NCBI GenBank assembly: GCA_028874335.1
Contig: JAPPJY010000003.1
Span: 1,618-65,617, forward strand
Source of the DNA: Gemmatimonadota bacterium
GTDB taxonomy: Bacteria; Latescibacterota; UBA2968; GCA-2709665
Reading direction: 5' to 3'
Length of the DNA stretch: 64,000 nucleotides
Below the pieces are notes generated by a model that was not told the DNA's origin, did no database searches, and saw only the letters and a program-made list of their open reading frames with translations. The first letter of the stretch is position 1; each line of letters begins with the position of its first letter. Below are positions 21,083 to 30,263 of this stretch, in pieces. A program made the position numbers and the translations under genes.

Positions 21083-24000
21083 ATGAAAACCCGTCCACGC
21101 ATCGGTCTTGCACTGGCGCTTCTCTTCGCCGCCGGGGCCTTCGCCGGCCTTGCGGTGGGACCGGAACGCGTCAACCCCTACCTGGCCGCAATCCTCGGAC
21201 TCCGTGCGCCCGTTGCTCCACCGTCCCCTTCCGTTCCGGAAGCGAACGCCACTTCGGTTCGCGTACTCGACACCGTATCGGACGCCGGCGTCATGTCGCA
21301 CGTTGCCGGCTTTACGGAACACCGGTCGCGAGTTCCCGGATACCCCGGACACGCCGCGGCCGCCGAGTACATCCGGCGCAGTTTCGAGAGCGCCGGTCTC
21401 CGGGACGTCCGCGCCGAGCCGTTCGACGTCACCTCGCCCGTAGACAAGGGCGGCAGCCTGAGGCTGTTGCGGGACAATGTCACGTTTCCCATCCACGCAA
21501 TCTGGCCGAACCTCGTCAAAACCTCCACGCTGCCGCGCGAAGGGGTCCGCACGCGGTTGATATACGGCGCGACCGGGGAATTTGCCGACTTCAACGGTCA
21601 TGCGCTCGAAGGCGCGGCCGTTCTCATGGAATTCAATACCCGGAACAACTGGCTGAACGCGGCCACGCTGGGGGCGGGACAAGTCATCTTCATCGAACCG
21701 GATTCGACTTTCTATACCGAAGCCGAGCAGAAATTCCTGCAGGTGCCCAACAGCGTGGAACGATTCTGGATCGACAAAGCGTCGGGGCAGGCTCTGAAGG
21801 CAATGCTCGAACAACGCGGCGAACTTGAAATCGAACTGCACGCGAGAATGGAGTGGGAGAAACACACCGCCCACAATATTCTGGGCTTCCTTCCGGGCTC
21901 GGATCCGATCCTGAAGGAACAGATCGTCGTGATCAATGCGTACTACGACGCCATGTCCGTCGTCCCGGCACTGGCGCCCGGCGCCGAGATGGCCGGCGGC
22001 GCCGTCGCCCTGATGGAACTGGTCAACTACTTCAAACGATATCCCCCGGGGCGCACCGTGCTCTTTCTGGCCACTTCGGCCCACCACCTGGGCTTTCGCG
22101 GCATCTGCGATTTCCTGGGCCGCCACGCCAGAAAGGAGAGGCATTTCGCGGCCCTGATGACCGACCCCATCGACATCCGACTCTTCATCGGCCTGGACCT
22201 GTCGAGCCAGACCGCTCAAATCGGCGTCTGGAACAGTACGCGCAACTTCTACTACAATCGGTTCTTCACACCTTTCGGAAAGAAGTTCGTCCGCATCTCG
22301 CAGGCGATCGCACCCGCCTTCGGCCTCGACCCCGATCAGGCGCTGCTGGACGGCATCAATCCCACGGGCGGAATGACCTGGGATATGTTCATCCCCGGTG
22401 CAAACCTGAAGACCGACGGCGAAGTCGTCCTCGAAGCCGGCACGCTCGCCCTGTCCCTGGTCACGCTGAACGATGCGCGTTTCCGGGTCGATACGCCCCT
22501 GGACCGGCCGGAAGGGGTAAACTTCGATAATCTCGCAAAACAGGTCCGCCTGATTACGGGTGTGCTCGACATTGCCCTGAACGACCCAACGCTCATCCCT
22601 GATTATCGACTCAATCCCGATGACAGGATGCGCGGTCTGAAGGGATTCGTACGTACCTTTCCCAGGCGCAGCATCGTACCCGACCGGCCCAAGCCGGGCG
22701 CCATCGCCGCGCTCAGGATGGGCATCGACAAATCGGTCAAGGGCGTCCGGCGCATCTATTACGACCTTGCCGACGAAAACGGTGAATTCTACATGCCGGG
22801 AATCGCCGAACGCCGCGTCTCCGTCAGCGCCTACTTTCAGGACCCGGAGACCGGTGAGATCACGTACGCACCAAATTACGGGCAGCAGGCGCGGATCTAC
22901 CGCGGCGACTTCGACATGGACTGGTGGATCTCCAAGAGAAACATCATCCTCTTTCCCTGTATCGCCACCGACTTCTACGATACCGTCGATCCGCGTTTCC
23001 TCACCAAGCTCTCCCAGATCAGCGTCTACGGTAGCGGCAACGTCACGCCACAGGAATACGGATACGCGATCGGCTTCGGCCCGACGGAACCCGTGGGCAC
23101 CCTGTTCACGCGTCCGGGCGAGAGAATCAAGGTCGCGATGAGGGCCGGCGGCGTCGCGGCGGGCTCCGGCGACATCGGCATCCGCTTCCTGTTGCTGAAT
23201 GCGACCAGCGCCGAGAGCGAGGAAATCGCAAGGGGCACGGGTTATCCCACGCTCACCCACGGATCGTTTGCGCGCACCTCCTTTCTGGCCGCGCGGGACA
23301 TGTGGACCCTGAACGAAGCCCGGAAGCAGGAGATGCAGAAATACGCCATCGAAAACCAGCGTCTGAACATGCTGCACGGCCAGGCCCGCCTCCACCTGGA
23401 CATGGCCGAAGCCGCGATGTCGCAGAGTCGCTGGGACGTCTTCATGAAGCATACCCGCGCGGCCCTCGGCATCGAATCGCGCGCCTATCCGGACGTCAAG
23501 GACACGCAGAACGACGTGGTGCGCGGCGTCGTCTTCTTCATGGCCCTGGTCATCCCATGCGCATTTTTCACAGAACGCCTCATCTTCACTGCCGTGGATA
23601 TCCGGAGGCAGATCGCGGGATTTATCGGTATTTTCGTTCTCATCTGGGTTTTCCTTTCGAACGTGCATCCGGCGTTCGAGATCTCCAATCCCCTGGTCGT
23701 GCTGCTCGCCTTCGTCATTCTCGCGCTGGCGGTGTTCGTGATTTCACTCGTTTTCAATCGGTTCAACGAAACCATGCGCCGGTTACGGGTCCCGGAAGTG
23801 CGCTTGCATGAAACCGACGTGGGTCGAATCTCCGCCTCCCTGGCGGCCTTTCAGCTCGGCATCGCAAACATGAAACGCCGCAAATTGCGCACGGCGCTTA
23901 CGTTCACCACGCTCCTGCTCCTCACGTTTACGGTACTCTCGTTTACGTCCATCACAACGGCTCTCGAATTTCGCCGGATTCCCCTGGGCACCGAGGGTCC

Positions 24001-25618
24001 GTACCCCGGAATGCTCATCCGCAGCAAGTTCTGGGGTCCGCTGGAAGACGTCGTCTACGATTATGCCGTCACGCATTTCCGGGAATCCGCGATAACGGCC
24101 CCTCGAAGCTGGTACTATACGCGGGAGAAAAAGATCATCCCCGTCGAGTCCGAAAACAGCTCCACACACGTACTCGGCGTTCTGGGAATGACGCCTGAGG
24201 AGGCGGACGTGACCGGCGTCCACAAGACACTGAAGGTCGGCAGGTGGTTCCGTCCGGGAGAATCCGCGTGCATACTGCCGGAAAAGATAGCGGAACTCCT
24301 CGGCGTGGACCCGGGCCGGCTTGAAGCGTCACACGTCCGGATATTCGGCGAGTCGTTGCCGGTGATCGGCCTGATCGACGCCGGGGCGTTCAGCGAGCTC
24401 AAGGACCTCGATGAGGAACCCCTCAGTCCCGCTGACTTCAAGCTTACCGATGAGGAAGCCATCGAACAGATGACCACCCAGGAAACGCGGGAAAAACAGG
24501 GCCTGGAACAACCTGAAGTCGAAATCATGCCCTTCGAGCACATCAACCCCGACGACATCCTGATCGTCCCGTACGCGTTCCTGCGCCAGGTGGGCAGCCC
24601 GCTCCAGTCGGTCGCCCTCCGGTTCGACGCCGGATCAGACGTGGAGAGCAACGTCAAGGAGCTTCTGTCCAGGCTCTCGGTTGTACTGTTCGCGGGTCTT
24701 CCGGAAGCGGACGGTCGCGTCAACGTCTCGATTTTCAGTTCCCTTGGCGACACGTCGAGACGCGGGATGAGCGATCTCTTTATTCCCATCCTCATCGCCT
24801 CGCTCATCGTCCTGAATACCATGATGGGTTCCGTGTACGAACGGTTTCGGGAAATCGGCGTCTATTCCGCGGTGGGCCTGGCGCCGGTCCACGTCGCTTT
24901 TCTGTTTATCGCGGAAGCCTGCGTCTACGCCGTCCTCGGCACGGTGAGCGGCTACATGCTGGGCCAGGCCGTTGCGAAGCTGCTTCTCTGGCAGGGCTGG
25001 CTCTCGGGCGTCACGGTCAACTATTCCGCCCAGTCGGCCGTTGTTTCGTCCGCCCTGGTCATGGCCGTCGTCATCCTGTCAACCCTCTATCCTGCCAGGC
25101 AGGCATCCCTGATGGCGGTGCCGGACGTATCCCGCCGCTGGAAAATCCCCGAGCCGGAAGGCGACGACTGGCGTTTCGAATTCCCGTTTACGGTTGGCGG
25201 AAACGATGTATTCGGGCTCTGTGTGTTCCTAACGGACTACTTTGATTCCCACAGCGGCGAAGCGATGGGGGCGTTCTACACGGACGGTGCCCATCTGTAC
25301 GGGAAGGGCGGCGCCGGTGAGAGCGGATACGCAATCCGCACGACCCTGTGGCTGGCGCCCTTCGATCTGGGCGTCAGCGAGGAGCTTCGCTTCGAGGCGG
25401 AACCCACCGGCCAATTCGATATCTATACCCTCACGCTCACCCTCAGGCGGCGCTCCGGAGAAGTGGCTTCATGGCGGCGGGTCAACCAGGGTTTCATGAA
25501 TACCCTGCGCAAGCAGTTTCTCATCTGGAGAACCGTGGACCCGGCCGAGAAAGCGGCGTACAGGGAAAAAGGCATGCGGATGCTCGTCTCGGACGAACCG
25601 GAGGCGAAACCGGCCTGA
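21083..25618 (+). CDS. giant membrane protein: M28-peptidase-like/PA ectodomain fused to an FtsX/MacB-like permease
   Basis: SRVPGYPG, NILGFLPG, AYYD..VPALAPGA, RTVLFLATSAHHLG (M28-like); RRKLRTALT, VLNTMMGSVYERFREIGVYSAVGL, FIAEA (FtsX). Confidence 0.85.
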   Translation: MKTRPRIGLALALLFAAGAFAGLAVGPERVNPYLAAILGLRAPVAPPSPSVPEANATSVRVLDTVSDAGVMSHVAGFTEHRSRVPGYPGHAAAAEYIRRSFESAGLRDVRAEPFDVTSPVDKGGSLRLLRDNVTFPIHAIWPNLVKTSTLPREGVRTRLIYGATGEFADFNGHALEGAAVLMEFNTRNNWLNAATLGAGQVIFIEPDSTFYTEAEQKFLQVPNSVERFWIDKASGQALKAMLEQRGELEIELHARMEWEKHTAHNILGFLPGSDPILKEQIVVINAYYDAMSVVPALAPGAEMAGGAVALMELVNYFKRYPPGRTVLFLATSAHHLGFRGICDFLGRHARKERHFAALMTDPIDIRLFIGLDLSSQTAQIGVWNSTRNFYYNRFFTPFGKKFVRISQAIAPAFGLDPDQALLDGINPTGGMTWDMFIPGANLKTDGEVVLEAGTLALSLVTLNDARFRVDTPLDRPEGVNFDNLAKQVRLITGVLDIALNDPTLIPDYRLNPDDRMRGLKGFVRTFPRRSIVPDRPKPGAIAALRMGIDKSVKGVRRIYYDLADENGEFYMPGIAERRVSVSAYFQDPETGEITYAPNYGQQARIYRGDFDMDWWISKRNIILFPCIATDFYDTVDPRFLTKLSQISVYGSGNVTPQEYGYAIGFGPTEPVGTLFTRPGERIKVAMRAGGVAAGSGDIGIRFLLLNATSAESEEIARGTGYPTLTHGSFARTSFLAARDMWTLNEARKQEMQKYAIENQRLNMLHGQARLHLDMAEAAMSQSRWDVFMKHTRAALGIESRAYPDVKDTQNDVVRGVVFFMALVIPCAFFTERLIFTAVDIRRQIAGFIGIFVLIWVFLSNVHPAFEISNPLVVLLAFVILALAVFVISLVFNRFNETMRRLRVPEVRLHETDVGRISASLAAFQLGIANMKRRKLRTALTFTTLLLLTFTVLSFTSITTALEFRRIPLGTEGPYPGMLIRSKFWGPLEDVVYDYAVTHFRESAITAPRSWYYTREKKIIPVESENSSTHVLGVLGMTPEEADVTGVHKTLKVGRWFRPGESACILPEKIAELLGVDPGRLEASHVRIFGESLPVIGLIDAGAFSELKDLDEEPLSPADFKLTDEEAIEQMTTQETREKQGLEQPEVEIMPFEHINPDDILIVPYAFLRQVGSPLQSVALRFDAGSDVESNVKELLSRLSVVLFAGLPEADGRVNVSIFSSLGDTSRRGMSDLFIPILIASLIVLNTMMGSVYERFREIGVYSAVGLAPVHVAFLFIAEACVYAVLGTVSGYMLGQAVAKLLLWQGWLSGVTVNYSAQSAVVSSALVMAVVILSTLYPARQASLMAVPDVSRRWKIPEPEGDDWRFEFPFTVGGNDVFGLCVFLTDYFDSHSGEAMGAFYTDGAHLYGKGGAGESGYAIRTTLWLAPFDLGVSEELRFEAEPTGQFDIYTLTLTLRRRSGEVASWRRVNQGFMNTLRKQFLIWRTVDPAEKAAYREKGMRMLVSDEPEAKPA

Positions 25619-25796
25619 AAGACGACCCGGCGAAGCTGAACTGATTCGTTTTCCAGACATCGCGATACGGAATTTGGCTTTGCAAAATCACTCTTTGATT
25701 GTATTTTTCAGGCCTTTACCCGTAGCGCGGCTTCGCTTTGCTCGGCCGGAACCAATCAGGTGACAGGAAACTCGCGCGGCCGTTTGATGAATCAAT

Positions 25797-25905
25797 CACT
25801 CCCCCCTTGAGGGGGAGTCGCAGAAGCCGAGCCGACCCCTGAGACGCCGCGCTGAGCTTGTCGAAGCGTTGTCGAAGGGCCGGCGACAGCTGATGCGGTG
25901 GGGGG
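25797..25905. repeat. nested palindromic REP-like element
   Basis: ACTCCCCCCTTGAGGGGGAGT hairpin...GCTGATGCGGTGGGGGG enclosing CCCTGAG[..CGCTGAGCTTGTCGAAGCG]TTGTCGAAGGG. Confidence 0.6.
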
Positions 25906-26000
25906 ATTGCAACAACATACCGAATGCAAGCAGCATGATCAGACATGTACGAAAATGCACCGTAGTCTCACTGTAAGACTTTAAAACGCATCGACCTGCC

Positions 26001-28421
26001 ATGGCCTTTCTCGATCGAATTCGCAGGCGGAAATCCAATCCGTACCAGGAAATCGAAGAGTACCGGGATCTGCTTGATGTCCCCAAGGAGTTCGAAGAGG
26101 GCTTCAACTCCAAGACCATTCTCGGTGCACTCTTCGTTTCCGTCATTATGGTTCCGGGCAACATCTACCTGGAACTCATGGTGGGACATTCCGTCGGCGC
26201 CGCCGCCCAGTGGGTGACCATCATCCTGTTTCTGGAACTGGCCAAGCGCTCGTTCACCGTGTTGAAGAAGCAGGAGCTCTACCTGCTCTATTATGTCACC
26301 AGCGCCCTGGTCGCCCGCGAAACCGGAATGTTCGAAGGCCTGCTCTGGCAGCAATACTACGTCCAGTCTCCCGCAGCGAAGCAGTTCGGCATCTCCCACC
26401 TCATCCCCCGATGGTGGGCGCCCCCGCCCGATTCACCCGCGCTGATCGATCGGACCTTTCTCCATCAGGACTGGCTGCTGCCTATCTCCCTGCTCGTTTT
26501 GGGAATGATCATGGGGCGCATCCAGTGGTTCACCGCCAGTTACGTACTCTTCCGCATCACCTCCGACTACGAGCGCCTGCCGTTTCCGTTCGCGCCGATC
26601 AACGCGCAGGGCGCTATGGCGCTTGCCGAAGAGAGCAGCGGCCAGTACAGCTGGCGTTGGCGGGTCTTCAGCATCGGCGCCGTGATCGGCGTGGTATTCG
26701 GCTCCGTCTACGTGGCTGTGCCCGCCATTACCGGCGCGTTCATGGAGAGCCCGCTTCAGCTCATCCCCATCCCATGGGTGGATTTTACCCAGTACACGGG
26801 ATATTTCCTGCCGGCCACGCCGCTGGGCTTCACACTGCACCTGGCCCCCATCTTCGCCGGGCTGCTGGCGCCCTTCTGGGCTGTCATGGGCGCATTCATC
26901 GGCGTCGCCATCCACACCGCGGCGGGCCCCATCCTTTATTCCTACGGGTACATGCCCAACTGGTACATGGGCATGGATACCATCATGACCCACTTCGTCA
27001 CGGGCATCGATTTCTGGATGAGCTTTGGGATCGGCATCACCTTCGCCATCGCAATCATTGGATTCTACCAGGTCTGGACCGGCGTCCGAACCGCGCGTGT
27101 GGAGAAAAAAGAAAAGGGAAGCTGGACGCCGCCGCCCGGCCGGGGAGACTTCCGGATCTGGATCTGCATCGTGCTCTTCTGTCTTGCGAGCCTCTATACC
27201 ATAATCCTTGCCAAGGTCCTCTTCCCTGACCTTGTAAGCACCGTTCTGCTCATCTTCTTTTTCGTCTTCGCGTTCGTCTATACACCGTTGATCTCCTTCG
27301 TCAACGCCCGGCTGGACGGGCTGGTCGGACAGAACGTCAATATCCCCTATATCAGGGAAGCCACGATCTTTCTGAGCGGGTTCAGGGGTATCGAAATCTG
27401 GTTTGTGCCCTTCCCCCTGGCCAACTGGGGCGCTCAGGCCGAGACGTTCCGTCAGATCGAACTCACGGGCTCGAAATTCACCGGAATCCTGAAGGCTGAG
27501 GTCTTCATGATCCCGCTGATCCTTCTGACCAGTTTCATGTACTGGTCCTATATCTGGAAGCTGGCGCCCATTCCCTCTTCCTCCTACCCCTACGTCCAGA
27601 TGATGTGGCCGCTACGGGCGCTCCAGAGCAGCGTCTGGTACACCGGCACCATGCAGGGTGAGGTGGAGCACGACCCGTCCTCCGGAACCGTATCGTTCCA
27701 GCCGAGCAATCTGCCCGACGGCAACTGGTGGTACTGGCGCGCCCGCGCCTCGGCCGACGCGCACATCGATGACCATGAACAACGCGCTTACGGACCGTGG
27801 TCCCGCGTTGGGTATTTCTATACGAACTTCAAGAGTCCCGAAAAGCCGCTCGTGCCGCCGCTTCCGGTGGACCGGTCGGCGCCGGACATTTCCGAAGCGT
27901 TGCGGTTGGGCCTGCCTTCGGCGCCGGCGTTGCGGAGTCCGGATGACGGAAGCCACGCGGACAACCCCAACCCCAACCTGGTTGTGCTCGCCGCGCGGGA
28001 CCCGGAGGGGCGGGATCTTGTCTATCAGTTCGAAGTGGATCAGGTGCCCTCCTTCGACGGTTCCTTTCTGCAGAGTTCGGACGACGAGCCGATCCTGTTC
28101 GAAGCCATCAAGCCGGTCGTGATCGCCATCGGACTCGTCGTCGGCCTGGTCTCGTTCGTGGTTCTGTCCGTCCTGGGCCTGCCGGTCCTGCTCATCTTCG
28201 GATACATACGGAGTCTGACGAGCATTCCCCACGTGATGATCACCGAGATCATCGGTGCGCTCCTCGCGCGGTACTATTTCTGGAAGCGTTTCGGAAGACA
28301 GCAATGGCGCCTCTACGCGGCGGTGTTGTATGTCGGATTCTCGGTGGGCATGTCCCTGGTGGGCATGGCCTCCGTCTCCATTGCAATGATACAAAAGGCC
28401 GTCTCGGTACTGTTGTTCTGA
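26001..28421 (+). CDS. OPT-like 'peptide transporter' membrane protein with an inserted extracytoplasmic Fn3-like domain
   Basis: EYRDLL..P..FEEGF, AAQWVTIILF, SDYERLPFPFAP, IPYIREA, APIPSSSYPY; hydrophilic insert near the C-terminus. Confidence 0.75.
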   Translation: MAFLDRIRRRKSNPYQEIEEYRDLLDVPKEFEEGFNSKTILGALFVSVIMVPGNIYLELMVGHSVGAAAQWVTIILFLELAKRSFTVLKKQELYLLYYVTSALVARETGMFEGLLWQQYYVQSPAAKQFGISHLIPRWWAPPPDSPALIDRTFLHQDWLLPISLLVLGMIMGRIQWFTASYVLFRITSDYERLPFPFAPINAQGAMALAEESSGQYSWRWRVFSIGAVIGVVFGSVYVAVPAITGAFMESPLQLIPIPWVDFTQYTGYFLPATPLGFTLHLAPIFAGLLAPFWAVMGAFIGVAIHTAAGPILYSYGYMPNWYMGMDTIMTHFVTGIDFWMSFGIGITFAIAIIGFYQVWTGVRTARVEKKEKGSWTPPPGRGDFRIWICIVLFCLASLYTIILAKVLFPDLVSTVLLIFFFVFAFVYTPLISFVNARLDGLVGQNVNIPYIREATIFLSGFRGIEIWFVPFPLANWGAQAETFRQIELTGSKFTGILKAEVFMIPLILLTSFMYWSYIWKLAPIPSSSYPYVQMMWPLRALQSSVWYTGTMQGEVEHDPSSGTVSFQPSNLPDGNWWYWRARASADAHIDDHEQRAYGPWSRVGYFYTNFKSPEKPLVPPLPVDRSAPDISEALRLGLPSAPALRSPDDGSHADNPNPNLVVLAARDPEGRDLVYQFEVDQVPSFDGSFLQSSDDEPILFEAIKPVVIAIGLVVGLVSFVVLSVLGLPVLLIFGYIRSLTSIPHVMITEIIGALLARYYFWKRFGRQQWRLYAAVLYVGFSVGMSLVGMASVSIAMIQKAVSVLLF

Positions 28422-28508
28422 GCAATGGCTTTGGTTCCACCCGCATCTATTATGTCGGATTGAATTGTCGCATCCGGACCGTTCGATCAAACACCCCAGG
28501 ACGGCAGC

Positions 28509-29066
28509 ATGTCAGCCGCGATCGGCATGATCGAAGTCGAAGGCGTCGCCGGGATTATTCTCGCGTCGGACGCCGCCTGCAAGGCCGCCGGCGTGGACCT
28601 TCTGGGCTGGGAGTCCATCGGCGGCTTCACCACCGTCTTTCTTGGCGGATCCATCAGCAGGGTGGCGACGGCGCTCAAGAGTGGCGAAGAAGCGGCCAGA
28701 GAGGTTGCGGGGCACGTCGTGGCGGCGCCGATGACACACCCCGAACCCGCCTGCCGGGAATACGTTTCAAATGAAATCGCAACGGAGCGGCGCACGCCGA
28801 CCGGCGCGCTGGGTCTGATCGAGACGAGAGGATACGGCGCGCACGTCACCGCCAACGACAATATGGTGAAGGCGGCCGACGTCCGGGTCTTCAACGTGCT
28901 CACCGTACACAACCGGGTGGTCTGCTCCCTTATACTTGGGGACGTGGCTTCCGTGACCGAGGCCCTGCCCGTGGGTCGCGCGAGCATCGAGACAGGAGAG
29001 AATTTCCTCGGCGCCGCCCTCATCCCCAAGCCCCTGCCCGACGTCCTGTGGGCATTCGGCCCCTGA
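28509..29066 (+). CDS. bacterial microcompartment shell protein, two BMC domains
   Basis: AIGMIEV...DAACKAA and ALGLIETRG...DNMVKAADV...GDVASV. Confidence 0.92.
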   Translation: MSAAIGMIEVEGVAGIILASDAACKAAGVDLLGWESIGGFTTVFLGGSISRVATALKSGEEAAREVAGHVVAAPMTHPEPACREYVSNEIATERRTPTGALGLIETRGYGAHVTANDNMVKAADVRVFNVLTVHNRVVCSLILGDVASVTEALPVGRASIETGENFLGAALIPKPLPDVLWAFGP

Positions 29067-30235
29067 GCGCCGTCGTGTCCGCACGAAATCATGCCCTGGG
29101 GATTCTGGAGACCCGCGGCATGACCGCGCTTGTCGCCGCCCTGGACGCCATGCTGAAAACCGTGGACGTCAGGGTCCTGGGGCGTCACGGCGTTGGATCC
29201 GGCTGGCTGACCGTCGTGATCGAAGGCGTCGTTTCGGACGTGGAGGCCGCCATTCGGATCGGGCGATCCGAGGCCGAGAACCACGGCGAGTTGATCAGCG
29301 CCGATGTGATCGCCGGCCCGGCCCCGGGCGCCCTCGCGTCCATGCCGCACATGGCGGGCGCGGGCACGTCGAAACCGGTCGGCTCGCTGGCGATGGGCAT
29401 CCTCGAAACACGCGGAATGGTACCCCTCATCCGCGGCGCCGACGCCATGATCAAGAGCGCACCCGTCCACGTCGCCGGCTGGACTTCCATTGGCGGCGCG
29501 CTGGTTCATCTCGTGGTCCGGGGCGATATTTCATCGGTCCAGACTGCCCTGCAAGCCGGAAGAGCGTGCGCGGATGAAGTCGGGGAAGTCTACGCGACCC
29601 TGGCAATTCCCAGCCCTGAAGCGGGTATCGCCCCGCTGCTTCCGGATCCGCCGAATTCAGACGGGCGCGAGGAAGACGCCGGGGCGCTCGGTATTCTTGA
29701 AACAACGGGTTACGTGTCCGCGGTCGGCGGATCGGACGCGATGGTCAAAGCGGCCGACGTCGACCTCGTGCGCCTCGTCATCGCCAGCGGAGGCCGGGTG
29801 GACGCGCTGGTGAAAGGCGATCTCGACGCGGTCCAGGCGGCCGTGGAAGCCGGTATCGATGGCGCGCAGGAGGCCGGTGAACTGAATGCATCCTGTGTCG
29901 TTTCCCGCCCGTCTTCCGAAATCATGGCCTGCTTCGGCGGGAACACCGTCAGGAATACGTCAGGCTTGCATCAGGCGATGGGACTGATCGAAACGCGCAG
30001 CACCGTGGCCCTGGTCAAAGCCGTGGATCAGATGTTGAAGTCCGCGGACGTGGAATACGAGGGCCGGTACAAAGTGGGGTACTTTCTCACGGCAAGCGTC
30101 GTCCGGGGAGACGTCGGCGCGGTACGTGCCGCCCTGAATGTCGGCGCCGGGGAAGCGGAGAGGTACGGCGAACTGGTGTCTGCACACCTTATACCCCATC
30201 CCTATCCGGCGCTGGAAGAAAGGCTGATCCACTGA
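29048..30235 (+). CDS. bacterial microcompartment shell protein, four BMC domains (possibly the frameshift continuation of the upstream ORF)
   Basis: Four repeats of (A)(L/M)G(I/L)(L/I)ET...D(A/Q)M(L/I/V)K...G(D/V)...; no convincing RBS at GTG 29048 or 29075. Confidence 0.92.
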   Translation: MGIRPLSAVVSARNHALGILETRGMTALVAALDAMLKTVDVRVLGRHGVGSGWLTVVIEGVVSDVEAAIRIGRSEAENHGELISADVIAGPAPGALASMPHMAGAGTSKPVGSLAMGILETRGMVPLIRGADAMIKSAPVHVAGWTSIGGALVHLVVRGDISSVQTALQAGRACADEVGEVYATLAIPSPEAGIAPLLPDPPNSDGREEDAGALGILETTGYVSAVGGSDAMVKAADVDLVRLVIASGGRVDALVKGDLDAVQAAVEAGIDGAQEAGELNASCVVSRPSSEIMACFGGNTVRNTSGLHQAMGLIETRSTVALVKAVDQMLKSADVEYEGRYKVGYFLTASVVRGDVGAVRAALNVGAGEAERYGELVSAHLIPHPYPALEERLIH

Positions 30236-30263
30236 TCGATCGCTGACCTCCTGGGAATGATCG

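Noticed and set aside
21080-23668. 862-aa minus-strand ORF
   Set aside because: Antisense mirror of the 1511-aa gene
29061-29066. CCC-TGA as a +1 frameshift site
   Set aside because: The +1 frame does not encode the BMC domains; only the -1 frame does
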